64,000 nt of DNA from Candidatus Nomurabacteria bacterium (GTDB taxonomy: Bacteria; Patescibacteriota; Minisyncoccia; Phycocordibacterales; UBA9973), in the NCBI GenBank assembly GCA_023267215.1, contig JAHFNS010000001.1, positions 98,736-162,735 on the forward strand. Direction: 5' to 3'. The notes beneath the pieces are model-generated. The model saw only the letters and a list, made by a program, of their open reading frames with translations, ran no database searches and had not been told where the DNA came from. The translations under genes were made by a program, and so were the position numbers. How positions within the stretch are numbered: position 1 is the stretch's first letter; the number at the start of each line of letters is the position of its first letter. Below, in pieces: positions 17,769 through 28,046 of the stretch.

Positions 17769-19463
17769 CTATTTGAAATATTCTGGTGTATTTATAGACA
17801 TCCAATCTAAAAGTCCACGCATTATTGAAGAAGCACCTACTCCCCCTCCAGAGGGACCTGATTCCATCATAATAGTAAAAGCATATTTAGGATTTTCATA
17901 AGGGAAAAAACCAATAATCCAAGAATTGACTTTGCTTTTACTTATTCCAACTTGAGCTGTTCCAGTTTTTGAAGCAATTTCAACATAAGGCACATTGATG
18001 GCTACCGAAGTTCCAACTAAGACACTTTGTCTCATTCCTTCATGCACAACATCAAAATATTCTTTTTTAAAATCAATTTTTGAAGTTGTATTTTCTTTTG
18101 TTTTATCTCCTAGAATATAATGTGGAGTAACTAGTGTACCATCATTAGCTATAGCAGAAACTGCTCGAACCATTTCCATAGGTGTCACTTGAAATCCATA
18201 TTGTCCGATAGCGGTATGATAAGTGTCCCCAATGCGCCATAGATCTCCTTTAAAATTTTTTATTTTCCATTCAGGGCTTGGAATAATGCCACCTTTTTCA
18301 TCCGGTAAATCAACATTAGTTTTTTCACCGATGCCGAATAATTTTGCATATTTTTCGATATTTAATATACCTAAACCTTTTTGATCCTGGAATCCACCTC
18401 CAATTTCATAAAAATAAACATCACTTGATACAGCTAGAGCTTGTCGCATATCTACCCATCCATGTGCTTTCCAATCTTTGAAAATTGTTTTTTGATCTGG
18501 AAAATATGGGTTTGGAATTGAAATAGAGCCTGTAGATAATATTTTTTTTGCTGGATCTATTACATTCTCATTTAATGCCCCCATGGCAAAAAATGGTTTG
18601 ACAATGGATCCGGGTGTATAAAGTCCTGAGATTGTTCTATCTAAAAAAACTTTTCTTTTATCATTAAAATAATTTGTAATTTTTTTTGAATCTTTACCAA
18701 GAGAAAGCACCTCTGAATCATATTCAGGAAAGCTAACAGAAGAAAGTATTTCGCCGTTACGAACATCCATCAAAACACCTGCTCCACCAGAAAAAGAATT
18801 ACTTTCTGATAAATTCTTAATTAGAATAAATAATTCTTTTTGGATACGTGAATCAATTGTAGTTACTAAATCAGCACCTCGTTTTGGTATATTTACAATA
18901 TTTTCAGAATGAACAGTTTTACGTGCATCCATTTCTACTATTTTTGAACCATTTTCTCCTTTTAATTCCTTATTATATTGTTTTTCTAAGCCATCTTTTC
19001 CTATAAATTCACTTTGCCAATAATTGCCTGACTTGTCTTGCATTGGATAACTTACATACCCCAAAATATGTGAAAATCCGGGAGATAAATAAGTGCGAAT
19101 AGTGGTGGGAAGATCTGACACTTTTTTATTCCAAGTAAGTTCTATTTTATTTCTATCATAAATAATTCCTCTATCACTAAAAATAATTTGTTTTTCTAAA
19201 ACGTTGTTTTTACTTCTATCTAGAAAAGCTTCTCCTTTTTGAATTTGTAAATAACCAAGCCTAGTTCCAAAAGTTCCTAAAAATAATATAAAAAAGATGC
19301 CGATAAAGAAAATGGTTTTTTTTGAAATCGGTTTTTCTATCCTACCTTCAAATTGTTGGCGATCAAAATTTTGTAAGTTTTTAGAATCAAGAAAAATCTC
19401 ATCGGGTTCAACGAAGAAATTTGCGTTTTTTATTTTCTTTTTTGATAATATTCTCTTTATCAT
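17769..19463 (-). CDS. mrdA: Penicillin-binding protein 2 (class B transpeptidase)
   Basis: RGIIYDRN, PGSIVK (SxxK), SSD, KTGTAQ. Confidence 0.9.
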   Translation of the reverse strand: MIKRILSKKKIKNANFFVEPDEIFLDSKNLQNFDRQQFEGRIEKPISKKTIFFIGIFFILFLGTFGTRLGYLQIQKGEAFLDRSKNNVLEKQIIFSDRGIIYDRNKIELTWNKKVSDLPTTIRTYLSPGFSHILGYVSYPMQDKSGNYWQSEFIGKDGLEKQYNKELKGENGSKIVEMDARKTVHSENIVNIPKRGADLVTTIDSRIQKELFILIKNLSESNSFSGGAGVLMDVRNGEILSSVSFPEYDSEVLSLGKDSKKITNYFNDKRKVFLDRTISGLYTPGSIVKPFFAMGALNENVIDPAKKILSTGSISIPNPYFPDQKTIFKDWKAHGWVDMRQALAVSSDVYFYEIGGGFQDQKGLGILNIEKYAKLFGIGEKTNVDLPDEKGGIIPSPEWKIKNFKGDLWRIGDTYHTAIGQYGFQVTPMEMVRAVSAIANDGTLVTPHYILGDKTKENTTSKIDFKKEYFDVVHEGMRQSVLVGTSVAINVPYVEIASKTGTAQVGISKSKVNSWIIGFFPYENPKYAFTIMMESGPSGGGVGASSIMRGLLDWMSINTPEYFK

Positions 19464-19467
19464 AATC

Positions 19468-19731
19468 TTATTTTGAAACTCTTATTTTTTTCTTTAACAA
19501 TTCTATTAATATTAAAACTATAGCCGAAATGATAAAAGAAACAAAATAGATATTATAAAATTTGATTTCTTGTGTTCCATAAAGTAAATCTGAAAGAAGG
19601 AATAAAACAACACTTTCCCAGAAAAATGAAAAATAAGCCATTCCTGCTAATCCCAAAATGAGAGAAAGCCAAAAAGGCATGAAAAGTATGGATAAAATAA
19701 GTATTAAAAAGGCTAAGATTCTAAATACCAT
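19468..19731 (-). CDS. Small multi-TM membrane protein, possibly a divergent MreD
   Basis: Hydrophobic throughout, SDLLYG motif, directly upstream of mrdA. Confidence 0.6.
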   Translation of the reverse strand: MVFRILAFLILILSILFMPFWLSLILGLAGMAYFSFFWESVVLFLLSDLLYGTQEIKFYNIYFVSFIISAIVLILIELLKKKIRVSK

Positions 19732-19754
19732 AACCTTATTTTACACTTTTCTTA

Positions 19755-20570
19755 TTAAAATACCAATCTCCAAAGATAACGTAATATAAAAAATAAAAGA
19801 ATAATTAAAATTCCATAAAACAAAATTTTACTACTTAAAATAAAAGTAAACAAAGTTAGAAAAAAAACTTCTATATATTTAAATGGTTTTAATAGATAAT
19901 TTGTTGAGAAATCTTTTGTTGTTTTTGGAGTGTTTAGAGATTTTATTTCATTTTGTATTTCTTTTTTTTTATTTTCTGAATTGATATTTATATTATTTCT
20001 TAACTTTTCCAAGCTACTAGTTGTAGTATCTACTGATTGAGTGACAAAGCTAGGTGTTTTATCTTCTATTATCTTTTTTATATCTGATATAGATGTGGAG
20101 TTTGAAGTAGTATCGGAATCTGTTGTTTTGGGAATAATTTTTTTAGAAATACTACGCGGATTCTTTTCTGTTTCATTTTCAGCTAAATATACTTCTTCAT
20201 ATTTCCCTTTTGAGATTAAAAATTTTGCATTTTCTATTTTACCAAAAATATTATGATCTCCTGCAGTTGCTGTCCAATCAATAGAAACATCATTAGCTGT
20301 TTTAGGAGCTAAAGAGAAATCTTTTCTACCCAATAGAACAGTGTTGTCAAAGAAAATAACAGTACCAGAGAGTTCTCTATTGTCAGGATTAAAAACAAAA
20401 GTATAAATCTTTATTTTATCTCCCTCTTCAAATGGATCTTTGGAATACCAAATGTTGCCAGAAACAAAGCCAGTGTTTGGAGTCTGTGCAAGTATTTTTT
20501 GTACTGGTAAAAAAGACAATAAGAAAGAAAATATTAAAAATAAAATTATTCCAAATTTCTTGAGAGTCAT
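19755..20570 (-). CDS. Exported Ig/CARDB-like domain protein with C-terminal TM anchor
   Basis: Signal peptide, beta-rich domain (WTATAGDH), hydrophobic C-terminus. Confidence 0.65.
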   Translation of the reverse strand: MTLKKFGIILFLIFSFLLSFLPVQKILAQTPNTGFVSGNIWYSKDPFEEGDKIKIYTFVFNPDNRELSGTVIFFDNTVLLGRKDFSLAPKTANDVSIDWTATAGDHNIFGKIENAKFLISKGKYEEVYLAENETEKNPRSISKKIIPKTTDSDTTSNSTSISDIKKIIEDKTPSFVTQSVDTTTSSLEKLRNNININSENKKKEIQNEIKSLNTPKTTKDFSTNYLLKPFKYIEVFFLTLFTFILSSKILFYGILIILLFFILRYLWRLVF

Positions 20571-20589
20571 AATAATATTATATTCTTTT

Positions 20590-21852
20590 TTATTCTTTAT
20601 TCAATGCTTCGATTGGGTTTAGTTTTGAAGCATTACGAGCTGGGAAAACCCCGAATACAACTCCTATAATCATAGACATGGAAAGAGACAAAATTATTCC
20701 ATATAAAGGTACGATAAAGCTCCAAGCAAAATTAAAACTTTGTGCAATCTTGGCGACAGCATAAGCGAATAGTGCCCCACCCAAAATTCCGACGATTCCA
20801 CCTATCAAGGTAAGAAGTACTGCTTCAATTAAAAATTCAAAAAGAATATCTTTATTACGAGCACCCAATGCTTTTTTGAGTCCTATCTCCCCTATTCTTT
20901 CAGTCACGACGACATACATTATATTCATAACACCCACTCCTCCGACAACGAGTGAAATGAGGGCAATAGCAATTAAAAGAAATGTCACGGCACTCAGAAT
21001 TGTATTAAATGTTTCTAGATTTTGTGCTTGAGTTTTTACACTAAAATCATCTTTAGATGGGTCAGTGATGGAATGATTACGACGAACCATATCCGTCACA
21101 TCAAGAGCTGTTGTTTCAGCCTTATTTCCATCATAGAGTTCTACGATGCCATAAAAAAGATAATCTATGCCTAAGTATTTTTTTTGCAATGTAGTGATCG
21201 GTATAAAAATTTGATCATCATCCGTGGTCCCTAATCCACCACGAGGTTCATAAACTCCTATTACCTCTAGGTTGTAATTGCCAACGCGTATGAGTTTACC
21301 TATTGGATCAATATTACCAAATAAATCTGTCGCAACAGTGCTTCCTAATACAGCCACTTGTCCTAAGCCACGATTCTCTTCTTCAGTATATGGACGTCCA
21401 GAAGCTATCACTCCTTTATCAATATCAAAACGTGAAGCATTAGCCCCAAAGATAAAAGTATTTTTAGAAATATTTCCATAGCTCACTATTTGCTGACTTA
21501 AAACTGCGCCATAAGCATTCTTTACATTTGGAATACTTTTTATATCTTCTATGTCTTTGTTTTTTAAAGTTGTGATAGGAACAGCATTAGTTCCTGCATT
21601 ATTTTGTATATTGTTGCTAGTATTTGCATTGGCATTACGTTGTTTGGTTGAAGCCGGAATGACTGTCTCTATTGAAAGAGTGTTTGAACCAAACATTTCT
21701 ACTTGTGAATTGATATAACTTTTAAATCCTTCTCCAGCTGAAAGGACGAGCACCACAGTGCCTATACCTATCATGATACCGAGAGTCGTCAAAAAAGTAC
21801 GACTTTTGTTGTGAGTGATCCCTCTTATAGCTTGTTTGAAATATTTATTCAT
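20590..21852 (-). CDS. MacB/FtsX-family ABC transporter permease
   Basis: RTFLTTLGIMIG, VGGVGVMNIM, ERIGEIGLKKALGA, PIEAL. Confidence 0.93.
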   Translation of the reverse strand: MNKYFKQAIRGITHNKSRTFLTTLGIMIGIGTVVLVLSAGEGFKSYINSQVEMFGSNTLSIETVIPASTKQRNANANTSNNIQNNAGTNAVPITTLKNKDIEDIKSIPNVKNAYGAVLSQQIVSYGNISKNTFIFGANASRFDIDKGVIASGRPYTEEENRGLGQVAVLGSTVATDLFGNIDPIGKLIRVGNYNLEVIGVYEPRGGLGTTDDDQIFIPITTLQKKYLGIDYLFYGIVELYDGNKAETTALDVTDMVRRNHSITDPSKDDFSVKTQAQNLETFNTILSAVTFLLIAIALISLVVGGVGVMNIMYVVVTERIGEIGLKKALGARNKDILFEFLIEAVLLTLIGGIVGILGGALFAYAVAKIAQSFNFAWSFIVPLYGIILSLSMSMIIGVVFGVFPARNASKLNPIEALNKE

Positions 21853-23110
21853 ATCTTAATGCGTCTATTGGGTTAAGTTTAGATGCTTTCATTGCTGGGA
21901 AAAGTCCGAAAACAATACCTGTCATTGAGGAAACAAAAATGGCGAGAATTATGGCGATTGGTGAAATTACAAAAGCCCAATCATAACCAGCGTAACGTGC
22001 GCCGAGTGCAATAAAATAAGAAACAATTATTCCTGCAATAATACCCAAGATTCCACCTATTCCTGTTAAGACAACTGCTTCTATTAAAAATTGATTGCGA
22101 ATCTGATGCGAAGTAGCACCTAATGCTTTACGTAAACCTATTTCGCGGGTACGTTCAGATACAGTGACAAGCATTATATTCATAATTCCTATCCCTCCCA
22201 CTATCAATGAAATTCCGGCCATCAGTCCTAAAAACATACGAAGTCCATCGGTGATACTCGTCAATATTTTTATGGCATCAGCTAAATCTCGAACTGAAAA
22301 ATCATCATTATCTTTATTTGTGATGCGATGTTGTTCACGAAGTACTTGTTCTACATCAGAAATTGTACTTTTAACATTATCGGATGAATCAACTTTTATT
22401 CGAATACCTTGGACATAATCAATACCTAAAATTTGTTTTTGTCCGATGATTAAAGGAATAAAAACTTGATCATCTTGATTTTGAAATGCGACCGTGCCTA
22501 ATTTTTGTTGTACTCCAATTATACGAAAAGGAATACTACCGAAAGTGTTACTACTACTTTGCATTTTTACAATTGCACCAAGCTCTCCACCGTTTGGAAA
22601 TAATTGTTCAGCCACGTCATATCCCAATACCATGACATTTGCCCCACTCTTTCCTTCTTCAACAGTAAAAAATGTTCCACGATCCATTGTGACATTACCA
22701 ATTTGAGGATAATTACCGAGAGTTGCGGTAAAACTTGTATCGACAGATTCATCACCTGTCACTAAGGTTGTAGTTCCGCGGACAATTGCTATGACATCTG
22801 TCGCATGTGGTACTCTATTTTTATCTCCTATTGCATCTACATCATTATCAATGAGAGTTTTTATTTGAATTCCAAAAACAGCAGCTGGGGGGCCAGTTTC
22901 GTTGCTTTTTCCTGGTAAAACTCCTATCAAATTCGTACCCAATTTCGTGATTTGTCCTAAAACAAGAGCTTGTGCTCCAGCACCAATAGAAATAATTATG
23001 ATGACCCCTGCGACACCGATGACTATGCCTAGAATTGTCAAAAAACTTCTTGCTTTACGTGTCAGAAGATTTTTAATAACTGACTTTATATTTTTTGAGA
23101 AATTCACCAT
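21845..23110 (-). CDS. MacB/FtsX-family ABC transporter permease
   Basis: RSFLTILGIVIG, VGGIGIMNIM, ERTREIGLRKALGA, PIDALRYE. Confidence 0.93.
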   Translation of the reverse strand: MVNFSKNIKSVIKNLLTRKARSFLTILGIVIGVAGVIIIISIGAGAQALVLGQITKLGTNLIGVLPGKSNETGPPAAVFGIQIKTLIDNDVDAIGDKNRVPHATDVIAIVRGTTTLVTGDESVDTSFTATLGNYPQIGNVTMDRGTFFTVEEGKSGANVMVLGYDVAEQLFPNGGELGAIVKMQSSSNTFGSIPFRIIGVQQKLGTVAFQNQDDQVFIPLIIGQKQILGIDYVQGIRIKVDSSDNVKSTISDVEQVLREQHRITNKDNDDFSVRDLADAIKILTSITDGLRMFLGLMAGISLIVGGIGIMNIMLVTVSERTREIGLRKALGATSHQIRNQFLIEAVVLTGIGGILGIIAGIIVSYFIALGARYAGYDWAFVISPIAIILAIFVSSMTGIVFGLFPAMKASKLNPIDALRYE

Positions 23111-23112
23111 AG

Positions 23113-23826
23113 TTATGATTCTTCTTCTATCATTTCACTCTTTTTTGGATTTGCATTTTTTTCGTCAGAGACAATAGAGCCATCTCTGATAGTGATAATG
23201 CGATGAGCATGTTCAGCTACTGTTCTATCGTGAGTGACGAGTATAATAGTACGGCCTTCATCATTTAAACGTCCTAATATGCTCATAACTGTCGTTCCAC
23301 TCTTAGAGTCCAAGTTACCTGTCGGTTCATCGGCGAAAATAACTTTCGGATTACAAACGAGAGCTCGAGCTATGGCAACACGTTGTTTTTGTCCGCCAGA
23401 AATTTGATTGGACAAAAAGTTTAATCTATTACTGAGACCTACTGCTTCGAGTGCTTTTGTTGCCAAGGCGACATGATCTTTCATTTTACTGTATGTTAAA
23501 GGAAGAATGACGTTATCGAGAACAGAAGTACGTGCTAAAAGATTGAAAGATTGAAAAACGAAACCAATTCTTTCGTTTCGAATACGGGCAAGTTCATCAT
23601 CAGTAAATTCTTCTATGTTTTCACCATCAAAAAGATAAGTACCAGCTGTTGATCTATCAAGGAAACCAATGATATGCATCAAAGTAGATTTACCAGAACC
23701 AGATGGTCCCATGATAGCTAAAAATTCCCCTTCTTCTACATCTAAACTTATTCCGCGAAGAACCTTAGTGACAGCGGCACTACTGTTGTCGTATTCTTTT
23801 GTTATATTTTTAAGTTGTATTAACAT
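23113..23826 (-). CDS. MacB/LolD-type ABC ATP-binding protein
   Basis: [25 protein letters not shown]. Confidence 0.95.
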   Translation of the reverse strand: MLIQLKNITKEYDNSSAAVTKVLRGISLDVEEGEFLAIMGPSGSGKSTLMHIIGFLDRSTAGTYLFDGENIEEFTDDELARIRNERIGFVFQSFNLLARTSVLDNVILPLTYSKMKDHVALATKALEAVGLSNRLNFLSNQISGGQKQRVAIARALVCNPKVIFADEPTGNLDSKSGTTVMSILGRLNDEGRTIILVTHDRTVAEHAHRIITIRDGSIVSDEKNANPKKSEMIEEES

Positions 23827-23829
23827 TTT

Positions 23830-25323
23830 TTATTTTTTTATGAGAGTCACTATTTCTTCACCTTCCGAAAGACCCGTCGAGACTTCTGTCATTCCTCCAT
23901 CACCTTCCATACCTGTAGATATCTCTACTTCTTTATAATCTTTAGTTTTTGTATTTGTCACCAAGCGAATAGTTTTCACTCCAGTTTTATCTTTTAATAT
24001 TGCTCGAGAAGGAACTACTAAAACATTATTTTTCTCCCCTACTAGAACAGTCATATTTGCTGTCATTCCTGGACGGAGTTTTGGTGTGTCTGAAACGTTA
24101 GCAGTTATTTTGTAATTTACTACTCCAGAAATAATAGTAGAGGCAGGATCTATTTTTAATATAGTACCTTTAAATATTTGATCAGTATTAAATGCATCAA
24201 ATGTAATATCTATCGGAGCTCCTATTTTAATACTGGTTACATTTGCCTCATTTATATTTGCTTCTAAATAAACACTGTTTACATCTTGCAGAGTCACTAC
24301 ATTTTTTAGAGCTTGGGCTAGTTCGCCAATTTTTATATCTACATTTGTAATAGTTCCACCTGCGGGGGCACGAAGAATAGTGTGTTCTAAATTTGCACTA
24401 GCTAATTGAAGTTGTCCTTCGGCAGTTAAAATATTTGCTTTTGCAAGATCTATATCAGCTCCACGAGCTCCAGCTTTTTTCAAAGCGAGAGCTGCTTCTT
24501 GTTGTGTTACTAGATTTAATGCTGATTGATATGTATTATAACGAGTAATGTAGGTTCCAGATTTAGTATTTGGAATTGAAATTATCCATTGTACATTGAA
24601 ATTTTGAAGAAAGTTAGCTGGAAATTGAATAAATAAACCCTTGGTTCCGAGTGGTGTCGCGATAGATGTACTAACAGAACCAGTAAAAGATTCAATTCCA
24701 GAAGTAGTAAAATAAGATGAAGAACCAGGAATGACAGTAATCACATAATCACCTTTTTCTTCTCCTGTATATGTACCAGATATAGTCGGAGCGGTAATAA
24801 TATTTGAATTTGTGCTGTTGCTAGGTACGGCTATTAGATCATTTGTAAGAAGAGTATTATATGCATTACTAGCATCACTACGTGCATTATCTAGCGCTAT
24901 TTGTGCTAATTTTATTTCTTCATTTGAAGCACCATCTAAAATTGCTTTATATCTAGCTTCTGCAGCTGCCACAGCTCCGCGAGCTTGTGTGAGTGCTGCC
25001 AATTCATTACCTTGATCTAGGGTGGCTAAGATTTGTCCAGGTCTAACGGTATCCCCCACTTTTATTTTTAGCGAACGAACTATCCCACTACTAAAAAATG
25101 ATAAATTTAAATCGGTATTAGATGTCACTTGACCTGTCGCCAAGACAGTTTGTTTAAGGTTTGTAATTTTTACTGTATCCGTAGTGATATTGGCGCTATT
25201 GTTTTTAGATTTGAATATCATATATCCAATCAAAATTACAACAATTAAAATAATTCCATAAATTACTTTTTTAGTTAAAGACCACATTTTAATTTTTTCC
25301 CAAACGTTTTTTACTTTTTGCAT
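23830..25323 (-). CDS. Efflux periplasmic adaptor (MacA-like)
   Basis: N-terminal TM, lipoyl half-motifs, alpha-hairpin, LRPGMTA, GLSEGE. Confidence 0.9.
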   Translation of the reverse strand: MQKVKNVWEKIKMWSLTKKVIYGIILIVVILIGYMIFKSKNNSANITTDTVKITNLKQTVLATGQVTSNTDLNLSFFSSGIVRSLKIKVGDTVRPGQILATLDQGNELAALTQARGAVAAAEARYKAILDGASNEEIKLAQIALDNARSDASNAYNTLLTNDLIAVPSNSTNSNIITAPTISGTYTGEEKGDYVITVIPGSSSYFTTSGIESFTGSVSTSIATPLGTKGLFIQFPANFLQNFNVQWIISIPNTKSGTYITRYNTYQSALNLVTQQEAALALKKAGARGADIDLAKANILTAEGQLQLASANLEHTILRAPAGGTITNVDIKIGELAQALKNVVTLQDVNSVYLEANINEANVTSIKIGAPIDITFDAFNTDQIFKGTILKIDPASTIISGVVNYKITANVSDTPKLRPGMTANMTVLVGEKNNVLVVPSRAILKDKTGVKTIRLVTNTKTKDYKEVEISTGMEGDGGMTEVSTGLSEGEEIVTLIKK

Positions 25324-25373
25324 ATTAAAATAGAGTATAGCATAAATAATACTAAAAATAAAGCTTAATTCTT

Positions 25374-25754
25374 CTATTTTTCTTCTAGAATTTTGAGAAT
25401 TTTATTTAATTTATTTTCTTCAATATCATCTAAACGCTTCATAAGTATTTCCGCATCTTCTTTTACTCGTAAATTGTTTTCATAATCTGCATCTGCTCGA
25501 AGTTCTGAATGTTTACTCTGTAAATTTTGTCCAACCATAATAATAGACAATAATACTAATTGTAAAAATGTTTGCGCGATCCAAGAGATAGTCGTCGCTG
25601 TGCCATTATTTATCGCTTCTGGTAAACTTATCAAAGCAATAATAGTAAATATTATAGCGCACCACATGGTGCCAACCATTTTGGTAATAGCAACAGCTAT
25701 TTTATCTAGTAAAGTTAACTTTTCTCTATGTTCTTTGTTTACGTTTCGTATCAT
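25374..25754 (-). CDS. DUF1003-like membrane protein
   Basis: DKIAVAITKMVGTM, LQLVLLSIIMVGQN. Confidence 0.75.
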   Translation of the reverse strand: MIRNVNKEHREKLTLLDKIAVAITKMVGTMWCAIIFTIIALISLPEAINNGTATTISWIAQTFLQLVLLSIIMVGQNLQSKHSELRADADYENNLRVKEDAEILMKRLDDIEENKLNKILKILEEK

Positions 25755-25777
25755 AATATTATTATACTACATTTTTT

Positions 25778-25807
25778 AACTTTCCCGAGGGTTACCTTCG
25801 AGAGGTT
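25778..25807. repeat. Degenerate palindrome overlapping the NUDIX stop codon
   Basis: AACTTTCCCGAGGGT-t-ACCTTCGAGAGGTT, imperfect arms. Confidence 0.5.
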
Positions 25808-26304
25808 GTGTCATAGCCTAATTCTATTGCTCGATTTACTGCTTTTTTCATAAAGTATATCCAGTGGTCTCGATTTTTTTCTTCATTAAATTTTTCTAAG
25901 TTGTCTAAAACTTCTTTAGCTGTTTTCCAAACCAAAATAAATTTTTCATGTTCTTCAAGTTGTGTTGGTTTCAGGTCTGTAGTTTTAAGTATAACTAGTA
26001 AGCATGTAGCATGTGCAAAACGATTCACATGCTTTAATGTATTATGGTAGTGAGTTATTGCTTCAGCAATTTTTTCTGTATATAAAAAATTATATAAACC
26101 ACTTTCTTCTAAAACTTCTCTCAAAATTCCATCTTGTATATTTTCTCCATTTTCTACCCCACCAGAAAAAAACCAAATTTTTTCTCCATCGCTTATTCTG
26201 TTTACTGCATACATTTGACTAATTGGGTCAAAAACCACAGCACATCCGCCATCCCGTCGCTCCTCATTTTCTCTTTTGATTCCAAATTCCAAAATGTCTG
26301 ACAT
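25792..26304 (-). CDS. NUDIX hydrolase
   Basis: GGVENGENIQDGILREVLEESG Nudix box. Confidence 0.9.
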   Translation of the reverse strand: MSDILEFGIKRENEERRDGGCAVVFDPISQMYAVNRISDGEKIWFFSGGVENGENIQDGILREVLEESGLYNFLYTEKIAEAITHYHNTLKHVNRFAHATCLLVILKTTDLKPTQLEEHEKFILVWKTAKEVLDNLEKFNEEKNRDHWIYFMKKAVNRAIELGYDTTSRR

Positions 26305-26307
26305 AAT

Positions 26308-26997
26308 TTATTTTATAATCTTTATTTTTAAAATTGTTTTTAGGTCAGTGTCTAAATGAATGGCGACTTTTTCTCCTACTCTCAATTTCTCTGTCATAGA
26401 TGATTCTTTTATTATATAAACTTCTTCTAATTTTTTCATTTTTAAAGTAATTAAAATATTATTGTTTTCTTCTTTTATTGAAGATATGACTCCTAGAATA
26501 TTATTAGAAGCTTTTAAAACTGCATGTGTGCTTGTACTTTGAGCACTACGCACTGGCACATTTTCCTCATAAGCATCTTTTACAGTATGCAAACTTTGTC
26601 TAACAAAGAATACATTCTCAGCTAACTTTGCCATACCAAAACCTAAAGTTATTACTATCAATATAGCTATGATAAATATTTTATTCTTTTCTTTGACTAA
26701 AGGCCAATCAAATTTCCTATACATAAAAACAAAAAAGATAGTCAAAACAATAGCTATTAAAATATATTCAAAAAGAAAATAAGATGGATTATAAATACTT
26801 TGTTCTACAAAATCTTCTATGGAGCTTTTTTCAAAAATATCTAATATGAAAATGCCGATAAACATCGTAGAAAATATAAAAAGTAAAACGCTCAAACCGA
26901 TCACTCCTAAACGCATAGCAGACATGACCCAAGCTTGGATTGGCTTTTTAACTTTGATGTTTTCTTCTATTTTGGCTAAAATTTCTTCTTTATTCAT
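26308..26997 (-). CDS. Putative three-TM anti-sigma factor
   Basis: Overlaps the ECF sigma stop; three TM helices plus a C-terminal soluble domain. Confidence 0.6.
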   Translation of the reverse strand: MNKEEILAKIEENIKVKKPIQAWVMSAMRLGVIGLSVLLFIFSTMFIGIFILDIFEKSSIEDFVEQSIYNPSYFLFEYILIAIVLTIFFVFMYRKFDWPLVKEKNKIFIIAILIVITLGFGMAKLAENVFFVRQSLHTVKDAYEENVPVRSAQSTSTHAVLKASNNILGVISSIKEENNNILITLKMKKLEEVYIIKESSMTEKLRVGEKVAIHLDTDLKTILKIKIIK

Positions 26998-27547
26998 AAT
27001 ATTTAATTCCTTTTTCTTCTGCTAATTTCTTGATCTTTTCTTTAATTCTTTTTATTTTAACACTAATCGTATTTTCTTTCATTTTGTACAAATCTGATAA
27101 TTCTTTTATGGAAATATCTTCCAAGTAATACATCGTGAGTAAACTTCTCTCTTCCTCATCTAAATAATCTAAAAATAAATTTACTAGCATTTTTTCATCA
27201 TATACATCTTTTTTAAGATCATGCATTGGTTCGTTATGTGTTTCTAAATATGATTCGAGAGATATTTTTGGTTGGCGTTTATTTTTACGTAAAGCATCAA
27301 TAACTGTATTTTTAGCAATACGATAAAGCCAAGCTCTAAATGGAATAGAAGATGAGTAAGAATTTATAAATCGGTAAGCTTTATAAAAAGTTTCAGCAGT
27401 AGAATCTTCTGCTTCTTCTTTATTACCAAAATGCATTTTTTGGGTATAGAAAAAAATCTTATCAAAATAACGATTGGTTATCGTAGAAAATAAATTAACT
27501 TCTCCGTGTTGTATTTTTGAAACGATTTCTTCATCCGTAGGATTCAT
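26990..27547 (-). CDS. ECF RNA polymerase sigma factor
   Basis: EAEDSTAETF, FRAWLYRIAKN, region-4 HTH (SIKELS..ENTISVKIKR). Confidence 0.92.
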   Translation of the reverse strand: MNPTDEEIVSKIQHGEVNLFSTITNRYFDKIFFYTQKMHFGNKEEAEDSTAETFYKAYRFINSYSSSIPFRAWLYRIAKNTVIDALRKNKRQPKISLESYLETHNEPMHDLKKDVYDEKMLVNLFLDYLDEEERSLLTMYYLEDISIKELSDLYKMKENTISVKIKRIKEKIKKLAEEKGIKYYE

Positions 27548-27558
27548 ATCTAAACATA

Positions 27559-27589
27559 ATACCCCACATTTAGAAAAAATGCAGGGTAT
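27559..27589 (-). terminator. Stem-loop between the secreted-protein gene and the ECF sigma gene
   Basis: On the - strand ATACCCTGCATTT pairs fully with AAATGTGGGGTAT using two G-U pairs; weak U tract. Confidence 0.45.
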
Positions 27590-27621
27590 CTATGCTTATT
27601 ATTAGTTTATTTTCACCTAGA

Positions 27622-27939
27622 TTAGTTTCCAGATGTTGGAGTTGTTGTAGAAGAATCTACTGTTGTTTTTGGAGTAGTTTTCTTTACTGTTTTCTTTATA
27701 GTTTTCTTTGTTGTTTTTGGAGTCTTTTTAACTACCTTTGTTGTTTTGACAACAGTTGTCTTTTTTGTCTTTTTTACAGCCTTTTTGGTTGTTTTAGGAG
27801 CAGTGACAGTGGTTCCTGTTCCTGTATTGTCTACTCCAGGAGTTGTTAAATCAGCAGCGAAAGCAGGAGCAACCATAGCTAAAGCCATAAGAGCACTCAT
27901 AGAGCCTAGAACTAAAGATTTTTTTATAGATTTATTCAT
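27622..27939 (-). CDS. Secreted Lys/Thr-rich low-complexity protein
   Basis: Signal peptide ending AFA, followed by KKT/TTK repeats. Confidence 0.8.
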   Translation of the reverse strand: MNKSIKKSLVLGSMSALMALAMVAPAFAADLTTPGVDNTGTGTTVTAPKTTKKAVKKTKKTTVVKTTKVVKKTPKTTKKTIKKTVKKTTPKTTVDSSTTTPTSGN

Positions 27940-27976
27940 AATTTTGTTTAATTTGTTTATTTTTAATGATTTAAGG

Positions 27977-28036
27977 TATTCGACCTCTCACCTTCTTATA
28001 TATCATTACGAAGGAAGAGGTATAAATATGACAAAA
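27977..28036 (-). promoter_or_regulatory. Candidate ECF promoter plus AGGTCGAATA leader motif
   Basis: TTTTGTCATATT-N13-TCGTA..AGGTCGAATA; same layout at 60638-60695. Confidence 0.65.
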
Positions 28037-28046
28037 AACTATTAGA

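Noticed and set aside
27592-28045. + strand ORFs 27592-27849 and 27746-28045 and similar antisense ORFs elsewhere
   Set aside because: Shadows of real genes with low-complexity or biased codons
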